This document shows, one piece after another, positions 20,212 to 30,429 of a stretch of DNA of 64,000 nt. The notes under the pieces were generated by a model. The model saw only the letters and a program-made list of their open reading frames with translations, had not been told where the DNA came from and searched no databases. Origin of the DNA: a bacterium (GTDB taxonomy: Bacteria; UBA8248). Every line of letters starts with the position of its first letter. Position 1 is the first letter of the stretch. The position numbers were made by a program, and so were the translations under genes. The stretch covers positions 3,424,001-3,488,000 of the forward strand of contig CBDBZU010000004.1 in the NCBI GenBank assembly GCA_965213625.1. The letters are read 5' to 3'.

Positions 20212-20913
20212 TCACACTCTGCGCACGACCCAGAGCGCCTTGCCGAGGAAGTGAACGTCATCGGCCAGGCGCGTATAGGGCGGATAATCGGGGTTTTCCG
20301 ATACGAGGCGGAGGCGGCGTGGATCATCGTCCTCGCCGGGCGCCACGTCCACCTTCTTCACCACGATCCCGCTCCCGTCCCACAGGACGAAGGTCTCCCC
20401 CGTGGCGGGGGTCTTTTGTGAGACATCGACCGCGATCCGGTCACCCTCTCTCATATCGGGTTCCATCGAGTCCCCGCGCACCCGGATGATGCGCAGGTTC
20501 TCGGGATCAGCGCCCCCCTCGTGGCGGATCATGTTCGCGGGCCAGCCCCACCGTGCGGTCTCCGTCTCGAAGCCGGATTCGAACGCGCCTGCGCCCGCTG
20601 CCGCCTCGACCGTGACTTCTGGTACGGTCGCGATCGGCCGTGTGGGATGTTTCCTCCTGTAGGGTTTTCGTTCGGGCAGCTTCTCGTGGCGGATTTCGGC
20701 GGGATCACAGCCGAGCAGTTCACCCAGCACCTCCCCGTCCCGGTAGCCGAGCACGGCGGGCGAACCGCGCTCCACGTACTGCTGGAGATAGGCCCTGTTG
20801 CGTCCGAGGGCGGTGGACGCTGCCGCGAGGGTCAGGCCGTTTCGCCTGAGCAGGTCCTTTAGTCTCAAGCGGAGCGGATCGTTCCTGATTGCCTCTTTTT
20901 CCTCTTCGTTCAT
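20212..20913 (-). CDS. CI/LexA-like repressor (HTH + S24 autopeptidase)
   Basis: N-terminal HTH, AAAGAG cleavage-like loop, VRGDSMEP serine, VVKKV lysine. Confidence 0.9.
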   Translation of the reverse strand: MNEEEKEAIRNDPLRLRLKDLLRRNGLTLAAASTALGRNRAYLQQYVERGSPAVLGYRDGEVLGELLGCDPAEIRHEKLPERKPYRRKHPTRPIATVPEVTVEAAAGAGAFESGFETETARWGWPANMIRHEGGADPENLRIIRVRGDSMEPDMREGDRIAVDVSQKTPATGETFVLWDGSGIVVKKVDVAPGEDDDPRRLRLVSENPDYPPYTRLADDVHFLGKALWVVRRV

Positions 20914-21049
20914 GGCGTCTCCTCGTAGATTTTTTTATCAAACCCCCGCGCAGGGGGACGTGGGCGTGAGCGCGTTTGGACTCAAAATGTAGGTTATATC
21001 CTATATATAATTCTTGCAAGCGATTACATTTCGTATTATATACGCATCC
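20914..21049. promoter_or_regulatory. Divergent promoter/operator region
   Basis: AT-rich; palindrome TAGG-N6-CCTA (20990-21003) overlapping and nested in inverted AAATGTA/TACATTT (20985-21031). Confidence 0.55.
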
Positions 21050-21754
21050 ATGAAGAAGATCGAACCCCGCACCGGAACGGACCCGGACGAACAATTGAGA
21101 ATGGACATCGAGGCCTGGATCGCGCGCCATGGACTGAGCGCCACGCGCTTCGGGAGGGATGCGCTTGGAGACCCGGGCTTCGTGGAGGCGCTGAGAAGCG
21201 GCCGCCGCGTGCGCCTGGCCACGGCGGACCGGGTGCTCGCCTTCATGGGAGAGGCTCTGCTGGGAGCGGCCTTCCGCAGCGAGGTCGAGTCGTATCTCGC
21301 CATGAGTGGGACCAAGCCCCACCTGTTCGGGGAAGAGGCGCTCGGGGATCCCTCCTTCATATCGAGGCTGCGGCGGGGAAGTTCCCCTTTCCTCGCGACG
21401 ATCGGGCGCGTGCGCGCCCGGATGGCGGAGGAGGGGGACATGGGAAGACCACCGGCCGGGGAGACGCCCGGCTCATTCACCAAGAAGGCCCCGGCAGGCG
21501 GGGCGGAACCCGAAGGAGAAGAGCATATGAGCAGGAACGGGAGACACTACCTGAGCACGCGGGAAGCGGCGGACTGGCTAAGCCTCTCGCCGAGGACGCT
21601 GGATCGCTACCGCGTAAGCGGCGACGGGCCGGTATTCCACCGCTTCGGCGGAAGGGTTCGCTACCTGCGCGATGACCTGGAGACCTGGGCGCAGGCGCGT
21701 CGGCGGACCTCGACCTCGGACGACGGGGGCGCAATGGGAAGGAGGTCACGATGA
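21050..21754 (+). CDS. Regulator: two tandem Cro-like domains fused to an excisionase/AlpA-type HTH
   Basis: Repeated FGx(D/E)ALGDPxF...LRxG...LAT; C-terminal YLSTREAADWLSLSPRTLDRYR...RVRY; internal RBS and ATG at 21527. Confidence 0.8.
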   Translation: MKKIEPRTGTDPDEQLRMDIEAWIARHGLSATRFGRDALGDPGFVEALRSGRRVRLATADRVLAFMGEALLGAAFRSEVESYLAMSGTKPHLFGEEALGDPSFISRLRRGSSPFLATIGRVRARMAEEGDMGRPPAGETPGSFTKKAPAGGAEPEGEEHMSRNGRHYLSTREAADWLSLSPRTLDRYRVSGDGPVFHRFGGRVRYLRDDLETWAQARRRTSTSDDGGAMGRRSR

Positions 21755-22038
21755 GAACGACCCTTTGGATTATCGCGGCGATCACCTGGGCGCTCCTCGG
21801 GCCGGCGGGTGCGTTCGCGACGACGGACACGACGTTCGCGGGTCCGCTCGGCACGGTTACGGACATCGTCTCGGGCACGGGCGGACAGCTGGCTGCCGCG
21901 CTCGCGGTGGGCGCCGCCCTGGTGGGTTCGGTGCTGCGCTTCAACGCAGCCCAGATCGCGGGCGCGGTCGGGGTGGGCATCGCGGCCGGGGCCGGGACAG
22001 GAGTCGTCACCGGTCTGGTCGGAACGGCGATCATATGA
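21751..22038 (+). CDS. traA: Conjugative pilin (TraA/VirB2-like)
   Basis: Signal peptide plus hydrophobic helices; first gene of the tra cluster. Confidence 0.7.
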   Translation: MRTTLWIIAAITWALLGPAGAFATTDTTFAGPLGTVTDIVSGTGGQLAAALAVGAALVGSVLRFNAAQIAGAVGVGIAAGAGTGVVTGLVGTAII

Positions 22039-22047
22039 GGGGAACGT

Positions 22048-22341
22048 ATGAACGATCAGGCGAAACACGCGGTCCCCGCCCGTCTGGACGATCCCGAGAG
22101 GTGGCTGTTCTGGACGCTCGACGAGGCGGCGGCGCTCCTGGCGCCCGCGGTGCTGGGCCTGGCGGCGAACGCCTTCGTGACGGGTTTGATCGCCGGGCTC
22201 GGCGGCTGGGCGCTGCTTCGCCGCGCGAAGCGGGGCGGCGGGGCCGATACGGCGCTGTGCGCCCTTTACTGGTTCCTGCCCGGCTTTGCGCTCGGCCTCA
22301 GGGCAGCACCTCCGAGCCACCTGCGCCGTTTCACCGGATGA
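22048..22341 (+). CDS. traL: F-type TraL
   Basis: PARLDDPERWLFWTLDE...LYWFLP. Confidence 0.9.
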   Translation: MNDQAKHAVPARLDDPERWLFWTLDEAAALLAPAVLGLAANAFVTGLIAGLGGWALLRRAKRGGGADTALCALYWFLPGFALGLRAAPPSHLRRFTG

Positions 22342-22351
22342 GGGAACGCAC

Positions 22352-22909
22352 ATGAAACGAGAACTCATGGAAACGGAGCGCCGCCGCGTCAGGGACGGCC
22401 GTGCCGCGCTGGCCGTTCTGCTCGGTCTCTCGCTGCTGGCCAACCTGGCGCTGAGCGCCGGCCTCACATCGGTCGAGCGGACGACGGTGCTGGTGCCAGC
22501 CGTCGTGGGACCTGCGTGGGAGGTGGGCGGCGGACGGGCGAGCGCGCGGTATCTCGAAGACGTGGGCCGCACCGTCGCCGTGACGCTCCTGACCCTCACG
22601 CCCGAGAACGCAGGGCTGGCCAGGGAAGCCGTGGCGCGGATGAGTCATCCATCGGCCCGGGGCGCGATAGGCGCCTGGGTGGCGGCGGAGGCCGCGCGCA
22701 TGAAGGGACGCGACCTCTCGACGGCGTTCTATCCCGGAAGGGTCGAGGCGGACCCTGCGGGACTGACGGTCCTCGTGAGCGGGGAGCTCGCCACCTGGAT
22801 GGGACGCGAGCGGATATCGCGCGAGCGAAAGCGCTACCGGCTCTCCTTCCGCGTGGACGCGGGCCGGTTCGGCCTGCTCCGCTTCGAGGAGATGGAGGAT
22901 ATGAAGTGA
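22352..22909 (+). CDS. traE: F-type TraE
   Basis: TM segment, TVLVP, YLE, LTLTPEN, STAFYP; gene order. Confidence 0.88.
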   Translation: MKRELMETERRRVRDGRAALAVLLGLSLLANLALSAGLTSVERTTVLVPAVVGPAWEVGGGRASARYLEDVGRTVAVTLLTLTPENAGLAREAVARMSHPSARGAIGAWVAAEAARMKGRDLSTAFYPGRVEADPAGLTVLVSGELATWMGRERISRERKRYRLSFRVDAGRFGLLRFEEMEDMK

Positions 22910-23634
22910 AACGAACATCAATCATACGAATGGCCCTGCCCGTACTGCTTCTGCTCGCGGCATACCTTTTTGGACCGCTCCCGGCATCCGCGATGCAGAT
23001 ACTCGAAGCCGCGGACCATGCCGAACTCGAAGCGGTGGTCTCGGACCGCGCGGTGAGCCGGATAACGCTGGCCGGCGACCGGGTCGCGCGCGTGGTGCGT
23101 GGTGCGGAGGGTTTCGCGGTGGAGCACGACAAGGCGCGCGGGGACCTCTACATCAGGCCTCTGGAGTCCGGGAGGCAACCACGCGAGAGCGTGACGCTCT
23201 TCATCGGTACGGCGAGGGGTTTCACCTACAGGCTCAAGCTCCGAACGGTTGCGCGGGATTCCGCGCAGATACTGATACGAAACGCCGCTGCTACTCCCCG
23301 GGCGGAACGCCAGGGGCCAAGTGGCGGCCGCGTGAGCGCACTCGCTGCGCTTATCCGCGCCGTGGCCCGGCGCGAGACGCTGCCCGGCTACATCGTCGAG
23401 ACGCCGGGTGAATCACTGCGGCTCAACGGGTTTGCGATGCTCGAAGTCTGGCGCGGAGGGAAATTCACGGCGCGGATATACGAGGTGGACCCTGCCTACG
23501 AGGTTCACATGAAGAGTCTCGAGCCCGGCGTCGCGGCGCTCTGGCGCGCGCCTGTTGCGAGCGGCCCTTCGGGCGGACGGCTCGTCGTGGCGGTGCATGA
23601 AACCTACACGACGGAGGCGCGCGATGAGCGATAA
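22906..23634 (+). CDS. traK: F-type TraK
   Basis: Signal peptide, GDLYIRP, VTLFIGT..GFTYRL. Confidence 0.85.
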   Translation: MKRTSIIRMALPVLLLLAAYLFGPLPASAMQILEAADHAELEAVVSDRAVSRITLAGDRVARVVRGAEGFAVEHDKARGDLYIRPLESGRQPRESVTLFIGTARGFTYRLKLRTVARDSAQILIRNAAATPRAERQGPSGGRVSALAALIRAVARRETLPGYIVETPGESLRLNGFAMLEVWRGGKFTARIYEVDPAYEVHMKSLEPGVAALWRAPVASGPSGGRLVVAVHETYTTEARDER

Positions 23635-24844
23635 GGAGAAGACCCGGGTGGACCCGGAGAGCAGGAAGAACAGGAACCGGCAGCTTCTCCTGTTCTCGGT
23701 TCTCCTCACGACGGTCCTGTTCGCCCTCGCGCTTTGGCTCTCGGCGGGAGGGGGCGGCGCGCCCCCGAAGCCCGTGAGCGGCGTCCGGGCGGAACTCGCT
23801 GGCGCAAAGTCTGCGGAGACGGTCTGGATCAGGCGTTCGGAGTCCCGCATCGGGCAGATGGAGGCGCAGCTCAGGGACCTCGATACGAAGAACAAACGCA
23901 TCGACGCGGAGAACGCCAGGCTCCGTGAGCGCATGACCAAGGACGCTGCGGATGGACGACTGGTGATTGACCGCCAGGCGGCGGCGATCGACCAGCTGCG
24001 CAGGAAGCTGGAAGCGCGGCCCATAGCGCCCCAGGCCAGACAACCCGCCCGGGGCGCCGGAATGAAACGTCCCGCGAACGACGGGAAAAATTTCCCGGCG
24101 AAGCCTACGCCCATGATCCTCGAATTCGAAAAACCACTCGGCCCCGGGACCGGAGGTCCTGCCGCAGGCGCGCGTCCGCTTTCCTGGTGGCTGCCCGCGG
24201 GCGCCTACGCGGAGGCGGTGGTGCTCGCGGGGGTGGACGCCTCGGTGGGCGTGTCCTCACAGGGCGACCCCCGGCCCCTGCTGCTCAGGCTCATGGGCAA
24301 GGCGCGGAGCGCGGCGGCTGCCGGCGTGGCGCTGGAAGCGGACGTCACGGGCTGCACGCTCACGGGAGCGGCCTACGGGGACCTGTCGTCCGAAAAAGTC
24401 TACGTGCGGCTTAGGACCATGACCTGCTCAGGTCCTGATCCGGACACCGTGATTGAGACGAGGGTGACGGGCTTCGTGGCGGGGGGCGGCAAGGCGGGTG
24501 TACGGGGACCCGTGGTGAGCCGGGAGGGGGCGCTGGTCGAGAAGGCGTTCCTCGCCGGCCTGGTATCGGGCGCAGGCGAGACGGCGGCCGGCATGCTGCG
24601 GGTCCCCACCGGGGCCGAGGGGTCCGAACGCGCGGATCTGGGCGAGCTGGGCCGCGCGGGACTCGGCGCCGGCGCGGGTTCCGCCGGACGCAGGGTGGCG
24701 GACTACCTGATCAGGCGCGCCGAGCAGTACCAGCCCGTGATCCAGTTGCAGACCGGCACGCGGGTCACGGTGGTGTTCATCGAGGGCGCGCGCTTAGACG
24801 GCAAGGACGACCAGAAAACCACGAACCGGAGGAACGACAAATGA
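23624..24844 (+). CDS. traB: F-type TraB (VirB10-like)
   Basis: TM plus coiled coil; LPAGAYAEAVVLAGVDA, GDLSSEKVYVR, AEQYQPVI. Confidence 0.92.
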   Translation: MSDKEKTRVDPESRKNRNRQLLLFSVLLTTVLFALALWLSAGGGGAPPKPVSGVRAELAGAKSAETVWIRRSESRIGQMEAQLRDLDTKNKRIDAENARLRERMTKDAADGRLVIDRQAAAIDQLRRKLEARPIAPQARQPARGAGMKRPANDGKNFPAKPTPMILEFEKPLGPGTGGPAAGARPLSWWLPAGAYAEAVVLAGVDASVGVSSQGDPRPLLLRLMGKARSAAAAGVALEADVTGCTLTGAAYGDLSSEKVYVRLRTMTCSGPDPDTVIETRVTGFVAGGGKAGVRGPVVSREGALVEKAFLAGLVSGAGETAAGMLRVPTGAEGSERADLGELGRAGLGAGAGSAGRRVADYLIRRAEQYQPVIQLQTGTRVTVVFIEGARLDGKDDQKTTNRRNDK

Positions 24845-25353
24845 AAATAACAAAACTTCATATGCGGGCGCTCGCGCCCCTCTTGCTGGCGGCGCTCGTC
24901 ACGGGTTGCGCGGGCAGCAGCCACGTGGGCGAGTCCTGGCAGTGCCCCCTCGCACAGGGGACGGCGTGCCAGAGCGTCACCGAGGCGGACCCCGCCGCGC
25001 GGGATACGAGAGAGTCCCGGGAAACGACGCCTCTCGATACCCCTCGTCCCATGGAAACGAACGGGTTCGCGGTCCTGAGCGATCTCATCGCCTGGTTCGC
25101 GGAATTGTTCCGTCACGAAGAAGAAGACGCAGGCGCGGCCACGGCGGAGCCGCTGATCGCGCCGCCGACTATAGTCGAACTGCCATCAACTCTGGCCGTT
25201 GGAGAGCCTCTGATTGCGCCCCATGAACACCTTCGCACGAAAGAACGGGTCGCGCGCATCTGGATCGCGCCCTACGTGGACACTGAAGGCGTTTACCGCG
25301 AGGGCCACTGGGTGCGCGTCGTGGTGACGCCCGCGCGCTGGAGGCTGCCGTGA
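24841..25353 (+). CDS. traV: F-type TraV lipoprotein
   Basis: Lipobox VTGC, WQCP...CQSV, RIWIAPYVD. Confidence 0.9.
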   Translation: MKITKLHMRALAPLLLAALVTGCAGSSHVGESWQCPLAQGTACQSVTEADPAARDTRESRETTPLDTPRPMETNGFAVLSDLIAWFAELFRHEEEDAGAATAEPLIAPPTIVELPSTLAVGEPLIAPHEHLRTKERVARIWIAPYVDTEGVYREGHWVRVVVTPARWRLP

Positions 25354-27851
25354 TCGGGCGCTTTAAGGATATCTTCGGCGGAGCGGACGCGCTTGCGCCC
25401 CGGACCCTCCCGGCCATGCCCGCGCCCCTGGTGGATCTTCTCCCCTGGCGGGCCTGGGACGAGTCGGGGGAGTTCTACGTGAACGAGGGCGGTCTGGGCT
25501 TCGTCCTGGAAATCCCGCCCTTCGCGGGCGTGGACGAGGGGACGCTGGACGCGCTCGCGGGAACGCTGGCCGACTCGGCGCCCGAGCGCTCGGTGGTGCA
25601 GATGATCCACTGGGCGAGCCCCCGTTACGGGCAGGCAATCTCGCAGTAGGCGGGGCCGAGGGAGACGGCGGGCGGTCTCCTGGCCGTGATGGCGAAGCGC
25701 AGGGAAGCGCTCCTGGGAGGCGCCGGCTGGCGTCCGCTCCACGCGGGCGGGCCGCCCTTTACGCTGAACGACTGCCGGGTGTTCCTCACGGCGAGCCTGC
25801 CGGGAAGGCCGGGACCGGAGCCTGAGACCGCTCTCGGCGGCTTCCGGCGCGCACTCGAGGGCGCGCTCGCCTCGATCGGAACGTGGGCGCGGCGGACGGA
25901 GCCCGACGAATTGTTATCACTCGCCGCGGAACTCGTATCACCCGACGTCGAGGGCGCGCACGACGGAGGCCTCATGCGGCCCGAGAGGCGCTGGTCGCCG
26001 CGCGACCCGCTCCATCTGCAATGCGCCGCCCCCGGACGGGCGATGAGGGTCACGCCTGCGGGCCTCCTCTTCCACCATCCGGATGGCAAGGACGTCGGTG
26101 TGCGCGTCCTCACGGCGCGCGCATATCCCGAAGTCTGGCCCGGCTGGCGGGGAAACGCCCTGATCGGTGATTTCTATCGCGATTTCCTGCAACCCGGCGC
26201 GCCCGTTCTCACCTCGCTCACGATCATGATGGGCGAGGCGGCGGACGGCGAGCGCGCGTTCCTGAAGTCCGCCCGCGCGACGCAGCAGGCCGGGACGGGA
26301 ATCGCGCGCTACCTGCCGGGACTTCCGGAGAAGGCGCGCGACTGGCGTTTCGTGACCGAACGTCTCAAGGAAGGCGAGCGCCTGGTACGCGCCTGTTACG
26401 CCATCTGCGTCTACGCGACACCCGAAGCGATAGATGAGGCCGAACAGGCGGTGCGCGCCATCTACCACGGACAGGGCTGGCGGCTGGGGGCGGAGCGCTA
26501 CGCCCACCTCCCCGCCTGGCTCTCCTGCCTGCCCATGGCGCCTGCGGGCGGTCTCGATTCAGACCTTGCCCGCCTGGGCCGGATGAAGACGCTGCTCACT
26601 TCCTCGGTCGTCAACCTGGCGCCCGTACACGGGGAGTGGCGCGGCCAGCGGCAGAATCCCGACGCCCCGCCCGCTCTGCTTCTCGTGGGCAGGCGCGGCC
26701 AGCCCGCCCCCTGGTCTCCCTTCGCGAACGAGGCGGGAAACTACAACGTGGCCGTCACGGGGAAGTCGGGTTCGGGCAAATCCGTCCTGATGCAGGAACT
26801 CGTCGCAGGCATCGCCGGCGCGGGAGGCGAGGCCGTCGTCATCGACGACGGGCGATCCTTCCAGCATACGGCCGAGGCGCTCGGAGGCGCCTTCATCGCC
26901 TTCGGCAAGGACCCGGCGCGGCTGAACCCCTTCGCCATGATCGACAAGGAGACCGCGGCGCGCGACGGCGACTACCGGGAGGAGTGCTTCGCCATGCTGG
27001 CCTCGGTGGTCGGCCGGATGTGCCGGAGGCGCGGGCGGATCGACGATGTGGAAGCGGCTCTGATCGATGAGGCCATCGCACGCGCCTGGGAGGAGGCCGG
27101 CAACGATGCGGATTTAGGGTTAGTGCAGAAAAATCTCGAAGCCGCAGGGGATAGACGCGCGGCCGACATGGCGCTGGCGCTCGGTCCCTGGCGGCCGGGC
27201 GGTGCGATGGGAAGGCTCTTCGAGGGAGGGGGGACGCCTGCGCTCGACGCCGCGCTCACCGTGTTCGAACTGGCAGAACTCAAGGGACGCGGCGACCTTC
27301 AGGGCGTGGTCCTCATGCTCGTGGTGTTTCTCGCGACGCAGCGCATGTACCACGGGCCGAGGACGCGGCCCAAGGCCATCGTTATTGATGAGGCCTGGGA
27401 TTTGCTCTCGGGCGAGGACAGCAAGGCGTTTTTGGAGGGCGCCGCAAGACGCGCTCGCAAATACCGGGGCGCGCTCGTCACGGGCACCCAGAGCGTGAAC
27501 GACTACTACGCGAACCCCGCGGCCCGCGCGGCCTGGGACAACTCCGACTGGGTGATTTTTCTCGCGCAGAAGGATGAATCGGTCGAACTCCTGAAACAGG
27601 AAAAACGCATCCACTGCGACCCCGGTATGGAGCGCGCGCTCAAGAGCCTGGCCACGGTGGACGGGCGCCATGCCGAACTCGTGCTCCACGGTCCCGACGG
27701 CTGGCGCGTCGCGCGGCTCGTGCTCGACCGGCTGTCGGGCGCGCTCTACTCCTCGCGCGGACCCGCCTTCGCAGCGATCGAGAAACTGAAAAGTGATGGC
27801 CTCACGACGGAAGAGGCGGTGCTGCGCATCGCGGAGGAAGAAGCGCCGTGA
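25350..27851 (+). pseudogene. traC: TraC (VirB4-like ATPase) interrupted by one in-frame TAG at 25647-25649
   Basis: ORFs 25350-25649 and 25686-27851 share a frame; Walker A GKSGSGKS, IDEAWDLL, RRARKY. Confidence 0.9.
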
Positions 27852-27903
27852 GGTTTCATCATTCCCGGCATCACTCACGAACATCAACGAACAAGGAGAT
27901 CAG

Positions 27904-28632
27904 ATGAACGCGAAAAAAAGACCATCCACACAAGGTGCGGGCGCCGCGGGTGACAAACCCCTCGCCTGGCCGGGGGATCCCGAATCGCTGACGCCCGAAG
28001 GTGTCGACTTTGAGGCCGTGGCCCACGTGCTCGCCAACACCTGCAGGAGGGGTGGGCGGCTGAGGCGCTATCACTCGATCGCGGCGCACGGGGTCGCGAT
28101 GAGCGAGGCTATAGAGTACCTGGCCGCTACTGCAGGCGGCGACGTGAAGGAGGCGGCGCTCCTCGCCCTGCTTCACGAGGCGGCCGTCGCGTGGCTGGGC
28201 CCAAGCGCCGCTCCCTACAGGCGTCAGGCGGACAGGCCGGGACGACTTGCTGCGAAAGTGGAACGCGCCGTCCGGGAAGCGGCGGGGCTCGAAGCAGAGC
28301 CGAAAGCCGAGCAGGTCGAGCTTCTGTGCTTCATCGCCCGGATGGCCGAGGCCGCGGAAGCGCGCGACCTGAGCGGCCCGGAAGAAAATGACGCCCTCCT
28401 CTTCCCGCCGCTGGACAGAAGAATCAGACCCATTCCCCCCGCCCGGGCGGCGAAACTCTGGCTCGAGCGCCTGAACGATCTCGGGAAACCGCCGGGCGCG
28501 GCTGGAAGCGAAGAGGCGATTCACTCTCATGAGGCCGGTGAAGGAAATCACCCGGCGAAACAGGAGAAGCTGCATGTCACGCAAGCGCAAACGGCGCAAA
28601 GCCCGGCGGAAGGTTCGCGCGATGCGGCCTGA
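27904..28632 (+). CDS. HD-domain (YfbR-like) phosphohydrolase homolog with a degenerate motif
   Basis: VAHVLANTCR...HSIAAH...ALLHEAA. Confidence 0.65.
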   Translation: MNAKKRPSTQGAGAAGDKPLAWPGDPESLTPEGVDFEAVAHVLANTCRRGGRLRRYHSIAAHGVAMSEAIEYLAATAGGDVKEAALLALLHEAAVAWLGPSAAPYRRQADRPGRLAAKVERAVREAAGLEAEPKAEQVELLCFIARMAEAAEARDLSGPEENDALLFPPLDRRIRPIPPARAAKLWLERLNDLGKPPGAAGSEEAIHSHEAGEGNHPAKQEKLHVTQAQTAQSPAEGSRDAA

Positions 28633-28852
28633 GCCGAGGCGCTTCATCCGGGTGTACGAGGACACGGACGCCGTGTTCCGCGCTGCGATCGCTTCGGGCG
28701 CGCTCTCGGCCGACGCAGGTGAGCGCCTCTATGCGGGCCGGTTCCACTACATGTTCCATGACGAGGAGGGAACGGCGTGGTTCAGGCGTCATGACGCCGC
28801 GGAGTGGGTCGAGATGGATGATGCGCTTTGCGCCGCGGGGGAGCGGCCATGA
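28622..28852 (+). CDS. Hypothetical protein
   Basis: Overlaps both neighbouring genes in the operon. Confidence 0.55.
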   Translation: MRPEPRRFIRVYEDTDAVFRAAIASGALSADAGERLYAGRFHYMFHDEEGTAWFRRHDAAEWVEMDDALCAAGERP

Positions 28853-29235
28853 ACGGGGTTTCCGGGTTCGCTGCCACGCTCCTGCTCGCGGCGGGCGTCG
28901 CCGCCGCCGTCTCGGCCGGGACAGTGAGGTTCGCCCCCGGAAAACCACATCGTATCGCGAGCGTGCGTCTCTCGAGCCTCACGGCGGATTTTATTGCGAA
29001 AACCCATCGCCAGGGGGGAAACAACGAGGAGGCCCTGGCCACCGCCCGCGACTGGGGAGCAAGACTGGAGAGGGCGCTCGCGAAAGTGGCGGCGCGGCGT
29101 GGCGTCGTGCTGCTCACCACGGGCGCCGTCGCCGCGGGCGCGGAGGATTTGACGACCGAGGTCGAGGTGGCGATGGCGGAACTCGCCTCCGGGACATCAC
29201 CGAGCAGGGAGAAGAATAATGCTGATGACCGATGA
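28849..29235 (+). CDS. trbI: F-type TrbI
   Basis: TM then IASVRL...VVLL...AVAAGAEDLT. Confidence 0.8.
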   Translation: MNGVSGFAATLLLAAGVAAAVSAGTVRFAPGKPHRIASVRLSSLTADFIAKTHRQGGNNEEALATARDWGARLERALAKVAARRGVVLLTTGAVAAGAEDLTTEVEVAMAELASGTSPSREKNNADDR

Positions 29236-29773
29236 TGCCGTGAAGGGCCGCACCAACCCCCGGGGCTTCAGGCTGCTCGTCTGTATGGCCGTGCTCTCGG
29301 GCCTTTGGCTCGCCGCGGCCTCGCGCGTCCACGTGAACGCGAGTACATCGGACGGCGCGTGGGGGTATTTCGCGCTGCCGATGTTGGGGGCGCCCGGGCG
29401 CGGCGACCTCGTCCTCTTCGACCCGCCCGAAGACTTAGGCTCCCCGATTCCCTACATGAAGCGCGTCCTCGGCCTGCCGGGAGACAGCGTGGCGGTGGAC
29501 TCCGGGCGCCGCGTCTTCGTGAGGGGAGAATTTATCGGGATCGCCAAGCGGCGCGCGCTGAAGGGCCGCGCCCTGGAAGCGATAGGGCCCGGCGTCATCC
29601 CGCCGGGCCGCTACTACGTCCACGCCGATCACACAGACAGCCACGACAGCCGGTACCGGGAGATCGGGCTCGTGCCGCACGAGCGCATCCGGGCCCGCGC
29701 CCTCCCGCTTCCCGACATCCCCTGGCTGGGTATCGAAGGACCCCTCGCTAAGCCTGAGGAGGCGCGGCCATGA
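29219..29773 (+). CDS. S26 conjugative signal peptidase (TrhF-like)
   Basis: NASTS serine region, RGDLVLF, MKRVLGLPGD, SHDSRY. Confidence 0.88.
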   Translation: MLMTDDAVKGRTNPRGFRLLVCMAVLSGLWLAAASRVHVNASTSDGAWGYFALPMLGAPGRGDLVLFDPPEDLGSPIPYMKRVLGLPGDSVAVDSGRRVFVRGEFIGIAKRRALKGRALEAIGPGVIPPGRYYVHADHTDSHDSRYREIGLVPHERIRARALPLPDIPWLGIEGPLAKPEEARP

Positions 29774-30429
29774 GACGGATTCCACTCAGTTCAATTCTTA
29801 TAGTGGCCGTGATTGCTTTCCTGACAGGTGCCGCTGCGGCGAAGGACCTTGGCGTCCGCGGGGCCGTCTGGCCGGTTGAAGAACCCGACCTGCTCACGGA
29901 GATCGAGAAGAAACTGAAGGCAATGGAGGTTTCCGGTGAACTCGCCCGTTTGCGCCGCGAAGCCGTGGAAACAGCCCGCAAGCAGATAGAGGCGCCGCCC
30001 CGCGTCGGCGGCATCAAGCCTGCGAGTGAACGCAGGAGCCGGCTTTTCGATCCGTCGGTCGAGGTTGAACGGGACGCCTTTGCGCCAGACGGAGCGCTGA
30101 TTGCGGCCCGGGGAACGCGGATCAATCCCCTCGAAAAACACCCCCTGACCCGCGATCTCCTGTTCATCGACGCGACGCGCCCGGTCGAGGTCGAATGGGC
30201 GATTGCCCGCAGGAAACCCGCCGTGATCGTTTTGCTCGCGGGCCGTCCGCTGGAGTTGATGAGAGCGCACGGGCGGGCGTTTTTCTTCGACCAGGGCGGG
30301 CGGTTCGCGAGGCGTTTCGGGGTGCGCGCGACACCCTCGCTGATCGAGACCGAGGGAGCGTTCCTGCGTATCACGGAGATCCCCCTCGAAGACGAAAAGC
30401 AACCCAAATCCAAAGGAAACCTTCCATGA
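29770..30429 (+). CDS. traW: F-type TraW
   Basis: DLGVRGAVWPVEEPDLL, GTRINPL, FFFDQGG. Confidence 0.93.
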   Translation: MRRIPLSSILIVAVIAFLTGAAAAKDLGVRGAVWPVEEPDLLTEIEKKLKAMEVSGELARLRREAVETARKQIEAPPRVGGIKPASERRSRLFDPSVEVERDAFAPDGALIAARGTRINPLEKHPLTRDLLFIDATRPVEVEWAIARRKPAVIVLLAGRPLELMRAHGRAFFFDQGGRFARRFGVRATPSLIETEGAFLRITEIPLEDEKQPKSKGNLP

